The notes under the pieces are model-generated. The model made no database searches, was not told the DNA's origin, and saw only the letters and a list, made by a program, of their open reading frames with translations. Source: Bacteroidales bacterium (lineage in GTDB: Bacteria; Bacteroidota; Bacteroidia; Bacteroidales; UBA932). From it: a DNA stretch of 32,000 bases. The stretch is from the NCBI GenBank assembly GCA_017469745.1, contig JAFUFS010000051.1, positions 15,222 through 47,221 of the forward strand. The letters are read 5' to 3'. The stretch's first letter is position 1, and each line of letters opens with the position of its first letter. Of this stretch, positions 8,454 through 21,432 are shown piece by piece. The position numbers were made by a program, and so were the translations under genes.

Positions 8454-10715
8454 TTATTCAGCCCAGCCTGTCTCGATGTTGGCGATGTTTCCGGCGATCC
8501 AGACGGTGTCCCCCTCCTGGAACACCAGGTCCGGTTCCGGATTCGTGATGAATTCGTCTCCGCGCAGCATGCTGATGACCATGCACTGATACTTCCTCAG
8601 CGCAGCGCTCCTGAGGGTCTTCCCGGTGAGGAAGGATTCATCTGTGAGGACCCTGGGTTCGATGCGGAATCCGTCGTCCACATTCTCCAGAGGAGCATCC
8701 TCCACAGAATCTGAAATCATATTCCTGAGCTTCTCCAGCTGGTCGGTGGTACCGACGGCAAGGAGGCGGTCTCCCGGGAAGAGCCTTACGTCTCCTGAAG
8801 GTATTGTGATGTTGATCGACCCTCTCTGGATCTTTATGATGTTGGCTCCGGACTTGTCACGAAGAGGAAGATCCTTAAGCTGCATGCCTGCAAAGCTGGA
8901 TTCCTGAGCGATGTTGATCGCCTCTGTCCGTACATCGTAGGTCGAAAGTTTCTGACGCACGGAAGAACTGACGGGCTTGCTCCTGCGTTCACTCTCCTCA
9001 CGCTCGTTGTAGTTCTGCAGGAACCTTTTTTCGAGTCCTGAATATTTGTGCATCGACTTCCTGGCGAAGAAGATGAAGGAGATTCCTGCAAGGATGATCG
9101 CGAGGACAGTCCATCCTGCGAGGTGGAAATAGGTCGACAGGACTCCCAGGATGATGCTTATCACGAGGAATGACCTGGCAAACACAAGTCCTGTGATAGG
9201 CCAGATGTTGCTGGGTTTCTCTTTCAGCAGCTTCGGGGCGCTCTTGCTGATGGACCCGGAATGGATGCCCATTCCGAAAAGGAATGGAGACATGGCAAGG
9301 AGGGTCACGGCTGCCTGGACGATATTCCTGACCGTCTGGCTGGCTGAAGGGAGTAGCTTTTCAGTAATATTCCCAAGATAAAGCCTTGATCCTATGTAGA
9401 TTGCGAGAATGATGACACCGTAGAGGAGTATCCTCGTGAAGTAAGCGACGAGGAGTTTCTTCCACTCGCTGTCCTCGGCGGCAGTGTGCTTTGAGGATGT
9501 CTTTGCAGAAGAGGAAAGGCGTTCAAGCCAGGATGCCGGGAGTTTCCTTTGAAGTAGCTCGTAGGTCGGCCCGGCGAGTTTCATCATGAATGGAGTGGTG
9601 AAAGTCGTGATGACGGAGACGGCGATGATTACGGGATAGATGAAATCCCTCATGACGCCCAAGGTACAGCCGACACCGGCGAGGATGAATCCGAATTCAC
9701 CGAGTTGTGCAAGGCTGAATCCGGTGTGGACCGAATTGTAGAGACCGTTGCCTGTGAGTATGATTCCGGCTCCGGCGAAAAGGATGTGGGTAATGATCAC
9801 CAGGACAGTGATGAGGAGGATAAGGGCCCAGTGCTCAACGATCACGGAAGGGGAGAGCATCATACCAACAGACACGAAGAAGATCGCTCCGAAAAGGTTC
9901 TTGATGGGTTCTACTATGTGGTCAATGTTTTCGCTTTCAGTCGTTTCTGCCAGGATGGATCCCATGACGAAGGCTCCGAGGGCTGAAGAGAAGCCGACTG
10001 CGGTCGCCAGGGAAACCATTGAAAAGCACAGGCCTATGCTGACGATAAGAAGGATCTCGTTGTTGAGGTATTTCTTTGCTTTCTGAAGTAGAGTCGGGAT
10101 CACGTAGATTCCTACAAGGAACCAAAGCAGGAGGAAGAAAACCAGCTTGACTATGTTCATGACAAGCTCCTTCCCGGCGAATGACTGGGACACGGCCATG
10201 GTGGAAAGCAGAACCATGAGGAGGATCGCAATCAGGTCCTCCACGACAAGGGTACCGAACACCATCCCTGCATAGGACTTGTTCTTGAGCCCCATGTCGT
10301 CGAACGACTTTATGACGACCATGGTGGAGGACATGGAGAGCAGGCCTCCGAGGAATACGCTTTCCATGACTGTCCAGTTCAGGGCTTGGGCTGTCACGAA
10401 GCCCAGGATGAAGACGCCCACGAATTTCACCAGGGCGGTCACGATGGCGCTGGAACCGACCTTCATCAGCTTCTTGAAACTGAATTCAAGGCCGAGACCG
10501 AACATCAGGAAGATGATGCCGATCTCCGACCATTGGTTCACCGTTTCCTGGCTGGAAATGCCGGGAAAGAAGTTAATGTTGGGACCGATCAGGAAACCGG
10601 CTATTATGTACCCTAAGATGAGCGGTTGCTTGAGGGCTTTCGATATTATCGTGAATATTCCTGCGGAGATCAGGATCACCGCGAGGTCTCGTACAAGATT
10701 GAGATCTTCGGACAT
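8454..10715 (-). CDS. CPA2-family cation:proton antiporter with two C-terminal RCK_C/TrkA_C domains
   Basis: 753-aa ORF. The N-terminus (DLAVILISAGIFTIISKALKQPLILGYIIAGFLIGP) is typical of Kef/YbaL-type exchangers. A second membrane block follows. The C-terminus has two RCK_C-like units (GMQLKDLPLRDKSGANIIKIQRG...FPGDRLLAVGT and GKTLRSAALRKYQCMVISMLRGDEF...FQEGDTVWIAG). Confidence 0.82.
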   Translation of the reverse strand: MSEDLNLVRDLAVILISAGIFTIISKALKQPLILGYIIAGFLIGPNINFFPGISSQETVNQWSEIGIIFLMFGLGLEFSFKKLMKVGSSAIVTALVKFVGVFILGFVTAQALNWTVMESVFLGGLLSMSSTMVVIKSFDDMGLKNKSYAGMVFGTLVVEDLIAILLMVLLSTMAVSQSFAGKELVMNIVKLVFFLLLWFLVGIYVIPTLLQKAKKYLNNEILLIVSIGLCFSMVSLATAVGFSSALGAFVMGSILAETTESENIDHIVEPIKNLFGAIFFVSVGMMLSPSVIVEHWALILLITVLVIITHILFAGAGIILTGNGLYNSVHTGFSLAQLGEFGFILAGVGCTLGVMRDFIYPVIIAVSVITTFTTPFMMKLAGPTYELLQRKLPASWLERLSSSAKTSSKHTAAEDSEWKKLLVAYFTRILLYGVIILAIYIGSRLYLGNITEKLLPSASQTVRNIVQAAVTLLAMSPFLFGMGIHSGSISKSAPKLLKEKPSNIWPITGLVFARSFLVISIILGVLSTYFHLAGWTVLAIILAGISFIFFARKSMHKYSGLEKRFLQNYNEREESERRSKPVSSSVRQKLSTYDVRTEAINIAQESSFAGMQLKDLPLRDKSGANIIKIQRGSINITIPSGDVRLFPGDRLLAVGTTDQLEKLRNMISDSVEDAPLENVDDGFRIEPRVLTDESFLTGKTLRSAALRKYQCMVISMLRGDEFITNPEPDLVFQEGDTVWIAGNIANIETGWAE

Positions 10716-10746
10716 AGGTGCTGCCGTCGTTGTGATTGATTACTCA

Positions 10747-10754
10747 CAAATTTA
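10747..10754 (-). promoter_or_regulatory. Candidate -7 box (TAAATTTG, minus strand) for the CPA2 antiporter gene
   Basis: TAnnTTTG match about 32 nt upstream of ATG 10715, in the 56-nt gap after the GH63-like gene. This suggests the antiporter is not part of the PUL transcript. Confidence 0.3.
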
Positions 10755-10771
10755 CAACAACGGCGGCGTTT

Positions 10772-15768
<4,997 letters not shown>

Positions 15769-16371
15769 CTATAGGTTACAAAACAATGTGACGAGGAATG
15801 GAACGCTGAAGTCAACGGTGAAACCGTGGAAGATCGATAGGATCACGAAGTCGTCGCCGCAGCATCGGGCTATGATTGGCAGGGTGGTGTCCATGGATGT
15901 CGCTCCTCCGGCAGAGATCGGAGCCAGCTTTCCGAACCATCTTGCCATAAGCGGAGCGCCCAGGAGGGTTATTATCTCCCTCATGATGTTTGCCAGCAGG
16001 GCCACTGTCCCTAGTTCAGTCCCCTTGAATTCATTTATGAATATGCTGGACAGGGAATAGTAACCGAAGCCGGAACCAACTGCAAGACAGTCAAGTACTG
16101 ACCTGGCCGGAAGGCAGATCGAGACTATGGCACAGCCCGCCAGGGTTCCCGTGATCGTCATCAACGGTAGCAGAAGGAGACGTGGATCCATTGATTTCAG
16201 GTCACGGAGTACCTTCGTGTCGTTGCCGAGGCTGATCCCGACGCAGAACATCAGTGCAAATAGGGCCCAGTGGCTTGCATCTCCTCCGATCAGGCTTTCC
16301 GGGACCAGCCCTGAAAGACCGGCAGCTATCCCTGCAATGAAGAACAGCAGGATGACAAGGCTGTTCTTCAT
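15769..16371 (-). CDS. LysO/YbjE (DUF340) family transporter, large subunit-like protein
   Basis: 200-aa membrane ORF (MKNSLVILLFFIAGIAAGL...FCVGISLGND...GGATSMDTTLPII), typical of the DUF340 lysine-exporter family. It lies 6 nt upstream of the GH2 start. Confidence 0.68.
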   Translation of the reverse strand: MKNSLVILLFFIAGIAAGLSGLVPESLIGGDASHWALFALMFCVGISLGNDTKVLRDLKSMDPRLLLLPLMTITGTLAGCAIVSICLPARSVLDCLAVGSGFGYYSLSSIFINEFKGTELGTVALLANIMREIITLLGAPLMARWFGKLAPISAGGATSMDTTLPIIARCCGDDFVILSIFHGFTVDFSVPFLVTLFCNL

Positions 16372-16640
16372 CTTCCCGTCCCGTGGTCAGCGTATTTCCA
16401 AAGAGCAAAAGCCGCCCCCATGCTCCCGGCAAGTCCCGACAGAGTCAGGGCCAGGGCTTCCAGCCCCAGGTCTTGCAGGTGTCCTATTATCCTTGGATCA
16501 GAACCGACTTCTATACCGATAAGCAAAAGAAGGATCCACACAAGCACCATGATGATTCGGGGAAGGATCTTGACCGGATGCTTCCTGAGCAGGACTCCGA
16601 AAGCTATCCCCGAGAGCAGGACGACGGCTATCTTCAGCAT
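16368..16640 (-). CDS. LysO/DUF340 family small membrane protein (N-terminal-type piece)
   Basis: 90-aa, three-helix ORF (MLKIAVVLLSGIAFGVLLRK...LLLLIGIEVGSD...). Its stop overlaps the next ATG as ATGA (16368-16371). It starts 6 nt after the SusD stop. Confidence 0.58.
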   Translation of the reverse strand: MLKIAVVLLSGIAFGVLLRKHPVKILPRIIMVLVWILLLLIGIEVGSDPRIIGHLQDLGLEALALTLSGLAGSMGAAFALWKYADHGTGR

Positions 16641-16646
16641 GATATT

Positions 16647-18167
16647 CTATTTGGCGAAATTGGGATTCTGCTCCCAATCTGGATTGAGTAGGAATTCCTT
16701 GTGAGGAATAGGGTAGAGGGTGTGCTTGGACGGGATGAAATTCTCGACATGAAGCTTGCCGTGTTCTTTCAAGGCGTCGCCCACTATTCCCCAGCGGATG
16801 AGATCGTACCACCTGATTCCTTCGAATGCCAGCTCGCAGGGACGTTCGACATCCTGGAGATGCTTCAGAACCTGTTCCTTGCTCATTCCTTCCTGGAGCG
16901 GGGGTACCTTTGCCCTGGCCCTAACCATGTTGATGTACCTTACAGCCTCATCGCTCTTCCCGTCATTGTTGAGGCATTCGGCGTACATCAGCAGGACGTC
17001 GGCATAGCGCAGGACCGGAATGTTGAAGGCACTGTAGTACCAGTCGGAACTTAGGGAAGGATCCCAGGTGTTGAACTTGTGCCAGTAGATGGACTCTGCA
17101 GGCAGGTAGTCGGTCCATTCTGCTCCTTCGGGCAGGAGGAAATACCTTGTACCCGGATCGTTGAACAGGATGGTTGAATAAACTCTCTGGCTGTAGTGAC
17201 CGTCCTCGGTAAGGTCTTTCTTCAGGGTTTCGAAAATCCACGGGGAGGGATAGGCCTCCTCATAACCGCCGTCCAGGTCTCCCGGGGACAGGTGTTCAGC
17301 GAGCTGGTTGTGCTCCCTCTTGCCTCCCTCGCGGTTGCCGCAGAACTGGATCTCGAAGATGGATTCCTTGGAATTCTTGTGCAGGCCGTCGAAGAGGTGG
17401 GCATAGTTGTCGAGCAGGGCGAACCGGCCCGATGAAATGATCTTTGAAAGCTCCGTCTCTGCTTTTGAGAGCTGGCCTGTGAACATGTAGTACTGGGCCA
17501 ATATTCCCTGGGCTGCATATCTCGTGGCCCTTCCGGCGTTGGCGGAATCCCACTCTTCCGGAAGATCACCCTGGATCTCGGTCAGCTCGCTCTCGATGAA
17601 ACTCCTTATGGCTCCGGGTGCGCTCTGGGGAGGAAAATACTCCTCTTCGGATCCTTCTATCTGCTTGGTGAACAGGGGGATCCTTTCCCCGAAATTCCTA
17701 AGCAGGCGGAAGTAGTAATAGGCCCTCAGGAAACGCGCTTCAGCAAGGGACCTGGCGAGAAGGTTCTGGTCCAGGCCTTCTATTCCAGGGATGTTGGAGA
17801 CACATTGGTTGCAGTAATTTATCCCGCTGTAGAGATTGTTCCACTCGTCATCGGTTACGTAGTTGGTCAGGTCGTTGGTGAAAGTGGCGATCTGGATCCA
17901 CTCGGCAACGTCAGGCCTGTAGACGACTTCGTCGCTGCGGATGTTGTCAGTGACCATGAACCTGTCCACGGTTGCAGCCCAGTAACGTGCCGGCTGTAGG
18001 GCGGCGTAGGCCGCCGTCAGTCCCTTGTTGATGTCGGCCTCGGAATGCCAGAACGAATCCGGGGTCAGGTAGTTGGGATTGCTCTTCTCGTCGAGGAACC
18101 CGCTGCAAGATACGGCAGCGAAGGCTGCTGCCAGCAGGACCGCCTTGTATATCCTTTTCATTTTCAA
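16647..18167 (-). CDS. susD: SusD/RagB-family nutrient-binding outer-membrane lipoprotein
   Basis: It has the lipoprotein signal MKMKRIYKAVLLAAAFAAVSC. FLRAYYYFRLLRNFG, YAECLN and RWYDLIRWG are hallmark SusD motifs. It lies 12 nt downstream of SusC. Confidence 0.88.
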   Translation of the reverse strand: MKMKRIYKAVLLAAAFAAVSCSGFLDEKSNPNYLTPDSFWHSEADINKGLTAAYAALQPARYWAATVDRFMVTDNIRSDEVVYRPDVAEWIQIATFTNDLTNYVTDDEWNNLYSGINYCNQCVSNIPGIEGLDQNLLARSLAEARFLRAYYYFRLLRNFGERIPLFTKQIEGSEEEYFPPQSAPGAIRSFIESELTEIQGDLPEEWDSANAGRATRYAAQGILAQYYMFTGQLSKAETELSKIISSGRFALLDNYAHLFDGLHKNSKESIFEIQFCGNREGGKREHNQLAEHLSPGDLDGGYEEAYPSPWIFETLKKDLTEDGHYSQRVYSTILFNDPGTRYFLLPEGAEWTDYLPAESIYWHKFNTWDPSLSSDWYYSAFNIPVLRYADVLLMYAECLNNDGKSDEAVRYINMVRARAKVPPLQEGMSKEQVLKHLQDVERPCELAFEGIRWYDLIRWGIVGDALKEHGKLHVENFIPSKHTLYPIPHKEFLLNPDWEQNPNFAK

Positions 18168-18179
18168 TCTGTTTTTATG

Positions 18180-21100
18180 TTAGAATCCGAATTTGATGCC
18201 TGCCATGTAGGTCCGGTAGAGAGGGTAGCCGCCGTAATCGACACCCATAGTGCCGTTTGAGGCTCCTGTAGTCACATCGTAGCCGGTGTACTTGGTGAGG
18301 GTGAAGAGTCTTCTGCCTCCGACATAGATCCTTAGGCTGCCAAGGCCGATTTTTTTGCATGTCCTGTCGGGAAGGTTGTAGCCAATCTGCAGGTTGTTCA
18401 GCCTCAGGAAGTCTCCGTTCTCGACAAAGCGGTCAGAGATCCTGTTGTTCCCGTTGGGATCACCGATGACGGCCCTGGGAATGTCGGTGTCGGGATTGTC
18501 CGGCCTCCATGAATTCAAGGCATCCTTACCGTAATTGAAGACCTGGTCCATCCTCTGGAGCTGGTACTTGGTGTAGTTGTATCTCTTTGCTCCCATGTTG
18601 CCGTAGAACTGGGCGCTGAGGTCGAAGGCCTTGTAGCGAAGGTAGACGTTGAATCCAAGGATGAGCTTCGGGTTGCCGGTGCCGACAAGTACCTTGTCGT
18701 CATTATCCAGCTGTCCGTCTCCGTTCTGGTCTACGAACCTGATGTCTCCGGGCTTTGCACTGGGCTGGAGGGGAATCCATGCACCCGTCTCGTCGGAATG
18801 TCCGTGGGACTTGTTGAATTCGTCCACTTCAGCTTGGCTGCGGAACAGCCCGTCGGTCTGGAAGACCCAAAATTCGCCGATCTCGGCTCCCACGTAGGTC
18901 CTGGCTGGACCATATTCATAGAGGTAGTCGGGATTGGACATCGAGACCAGTTTGCTCCGGTAATGGGAGAGGTTCAGGTCGAGGTCGTACTGGAAGTCCC
19001 TTCCGGAGTTGCCGTGGTATTCGACCTGGTACTCGAAACCGCTTGTCTTGAGTTCTCCGTCGTTCACGATCATCGCCGAGAATCCTGTACTGCTGCTTAT
19101 CTCCTTTGTCGAGAGCATGTCCCTGGTGTCCTTTAAGTAAGCATCGGCTGACATCTGCAGCTTGCCTCCGAGGAAGCCGAGATCGATTCCGATGTTGGAG
19201 GTGTATGTGGACTCCCATTTGATGTTGAGGGAGGGCAGGGAAGTGATTGCATAGCCGAGGCTGATGTCATTGAGACCGGCGAAAGGATAGTTCAGGCTGT
19301 TCGTAGCGGAGCTGAGGGTGGGAATGTACTGATAGTTTCCAATGCCCTGGTTGCCGAGTGCTCCGTAGCTGAGACGAAGCTTGAATGTTGAGACCGTCCC
19401 GGCCCAGGGCTCCCAGAATCTTTCGTTCGCTATGTTCCAGGCCAGAGATGCAGATGGGAAGAAACCCCATTTGTTGCCTTCGGCGAATCTGGAAGAACCG
19501 TCGTAACGGGCCGAGAACATGGCTATGTAGCGGTTGTCGTAGTTGTAGCCCAGACGGCCGAATGCCGAACGGAGTCCGTAGCGGCTGTGGCCTCCTCCCA
19601 CTGCGAAGTCTTTCTGACCATGCTCAAGGTAAGTCATGAGGTTGTTCTCGAACTTCTTGGCAAAAGCGCTCAGGTCGTAGTAGGAATAGTTTTCCTGCGA
19701 CACTCCCAGGAGGGCCGACACATTGTGTACTCCACCGAATGACCTGTCATAGTTGGAGGTGAGCTCCAGGAGGTAGCGGTTGCCCATGCTGCGCGATTCG
19801 CTGAGAGAAGCGTCCGGATTGGGCTTGAGAGCACCTATCTGGTAGGTTGGAGTGAAGACCTTTGAATGGGAGAAATTGAGGTTGTCGCTTCCCTGGAACT
19901 TCAGCACGAGGCCGTCCAGGGGGGAATACGAGATGTAACCCGAGGCGGAAAGTCCGTCGTAGCGGTTCTTGGTGTCGATCAACTTGTTGAAGGCCACAGG
20001 GTTGCCGGCGTCTGACATACCCATTCCGGCAACAGCTCCTCCGAAGCCTCCGTCGTTCTTCTCGTCGTAGACGAACACCAACGGCTCGATGTTGGTCACC
20101 TGGTACATTGTGTCGAATCCGGAACTCTCGACGGGGATTATGTCCTCATGGCCGAAATTGACGGATTCTCCTATCTTCCACCGGCCTCTCCTGACGTCTG
20201 AATTGAGTCGGAAGCCGTACTTGTCGGAACTGGTCGCAACGGCGATGCCCTGGATCTCTGAATAATAGCCCGAGAAGGCAACGTTCATGTTGCTGTTGCC
20301 TGCTACGTAGCCGACATCGTATTTCTGGGACAGGCCGACCTGGTAGTATTCCTTCTGCCAGTCCGTGTCGGCGAAGCGTGAAGGGTCGGCCTTGAAGGCT
20401 GAGATGTACGCTGGCCACCTCTCCTGAGGCTCTCCGGCGTTCTCCAGGGCCCATTGCCTGACTTTGACGAACTCGGCTGCGTTGCACATCTCCATTCGCT
20501 TGGGCAGGTCGTCGATACCGTAGTAGGCTGACATCGTGATCCTTGGCTCGGAAGCCTTGTCGCCCCTCTTCGTCTCGACCAGGATGACGCCTGCTGCAGC
20601 CCTTGCGCCGTAAATGGCCTGCGTGGCTGCATCCTTCAGAACCGAGATGGATTTGATGTCTTCCGGATTGAGGTATGACATTGATCCCGGGACTCCGTCG
20701 ATGACCACGAGGGGGGTGTTGTCGGATCCCCAGGAGGTGACTCCGCGGACCATCATGACAGGTTCAGAGCCGGGAGCTCCGGAAGAGAAGTTGACCGAAA
20801 GACCCGGGGCCATGCCCTGCAGGGCAGTCGAGGCATCTTCGGTCGCGATCTTCTCCAGTTTCTTCGAACTGACTGAGGCGACAGCTCCCGAAACGTCCTG
20901 CCTCTTCTGGCTTCCGTAGCCGATGGCCACGACTTCTTCCAGCATCTCGGCATCCGGCTCGAGAGTCAGGTCGAGTGCCGGTCCTTCGGCCTTGACTTCA
21001 ACTGTCTTGTAGCCGATCAGGGAGATGACAAGGACATCGCCCCTTGTCACGTTGATGGAATAGTTGCCGTCAAGGTCCGTGCTGGTACCTTGACCCGTAC

Positions 21101-21236
21101 CCTTGACGAGAACGTAGGCCCCGACAGCTCCGGAACCGGTCTCGTCCTTGATTTGTCCCTTGACATTGATAAGTTCCTGCGCCCCTGCGATGGTGGCTCC
21201 CAATGCCAGGATGATGGTTAACAGAATCCTTTTCAT
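18180..21236 (-). CDS. susC: SusC/RagA-family TonB-dependent outer-membrane transporter
   Basis: 1018 aa. After the signal peptide comes a CarboxypepD_reg-like start (INVKGQIKDETGSGAVGAYVLVKGT...TDLDGNYSI). A plug region follows (IAIGYGSQKRQDVSGAV, DGVPG), then a long barrel ending in the C-terminal aromatic residues (...AGIKFGF). There is no N-terminal anti-sigma signalling extension. Confidence 0.92.
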   Translation of the reverse strand: MKRILLTIILALGATIAGAQELINVKGQIKDETGSGAVGAYVLVKGTGQGTSTDLDGNYSINVTRGDVLVISLIGYKTVEVKAEGPALDLTLEPDAEMLEEVVAIGYGSQKRQDVSGAVASVSSKKLEKIATEDASTALQGMAPGLSVNFSSGAPGSEPVMMVRGVTSWGSDNTPLVVIDGVPGSMSYLNPEDIKSISVLKDAATQAIYGARAAAGVILVETKRGDKASEPRITMSAYYGIDDLPKRMEMCNAAEFVKVRQWALENAGEPQERWPAYISAFKADPSRFADTDWQKEYYQVGLSQKYDVGYVAGNSNMNVAFSGYYSEIQGIAVATSSDKYGFRLNSDVRRGRWKIGESVNFGHEDIIPVESSGFDTMYQVTNIEPLVFVYDEKNDGGFGGAVAGMGMSDAGNPVAFNKLIDTKNRYDGLSASGYISYSPLDGLVLKFQGSDNLNFSHSKVFTPTYQIGALKPNPDASLSESRSMGNRYLLELTSNYDRSFGGVHNVSALLGVSQENYSYYDLSAFAKKFENNLMTYLEHGQKDFAVGGGHSRYGLRSAFGRLGYNYDNRYIAMFSARYDGSSRFAEGNKWGFFPSASLAWNIANERFWEPWAGTVSTFKLRLSYGALGNQGIGNYQYIPTLSSATNSLNYPFAGLNDISLGYAITSLPSLNIKWESTYTSNIGIDLGFLGGKLQMSADAYLKDTRDMLSTKEISSSTGFSAMIVNDGELKTSGFEYQVEYHGNSGRDFQYDLDLNLSHYRSKLVSMSNPDYLYEYGPARTYVGAEIGEFWVFQTDGLFRSQAEVDEFNKSHGHSDETGAWIPLQPSAKPGDIRFVDQNGDGQLDNDDKVLVGTGNPKLILGFNVYLRYKAFDLSAQFYGNMGAKRYNYTKYQLQRMDQVFNYGKDALNSWRPDNPDTDIPRAVIGDPNGNNRISDRFVENGDFLRLNNLQIGYNLPDRTCKKIGLGSLRIYVGGRRLFTLTKYTGYDVTTGASNGTMGVDYGGYPLYRTYMAGIKFGF

Positions 21237-21283
21237 GAATATTACTTGATTAAGTGGTCACCCGAACCCCGGGCTTTCGACGG

Positions 21284-21291
21284 CAAAAATA
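21284..21291 (-). promoter_or_regulatory. Candidate -7 promoter box (TATTTTTG) for susC
   Basis: The minus-strand sequence TATTTTTG matches the Bacteroides TAnnTTTG -7 consensus. It lies about 48 nt upstream of ATG 21236. Confidence 0.3.
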
Positions 21292-21332
21292 CCGGTGCCC
21301 TCAATGGACGGCAAGAAAAGGATATCCCTCCC

Positions 21333-21375
21333 ATCTCTACAAACAGGGGGTGATAATGGAGTTTAATCTCTACAA
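21333..21375 (-). promoter_or_regulatory. Two exact 10-nt direct repeats (TTGTAGAGAT on the minus strand) upstream of susC; candidate activator site
   Basis: ATCTCTACAA occurs at 21333-21342 and 21366-21375 on the plus strand, 33 nt start to start. A degenerate third copy (cGTAGAGAa) lies at 21422-21431. All are upstream of the candidate -7 box at 21284-21291. Confidence 0.35.
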
Positions 21376-21432
21376 CTTTCGATGTGGATCAGTTGAAAAT
21401 CAAATTGTTGAGAATTACCCCTTCTCTACGGA

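Noticed and set aside
16368-16371. The two LysO/DUF340 ORFs as a frameshifted single gene
   Set aside because: The junction is a clean ATGA stop/start overlap with an intact Met-initiated second ORF, rather than a mid-domain frame break. As far as I recall, a small plus large DUF340 gene pair is common in Bacteroidales. I keep them as two genes but flag the split in the findings.
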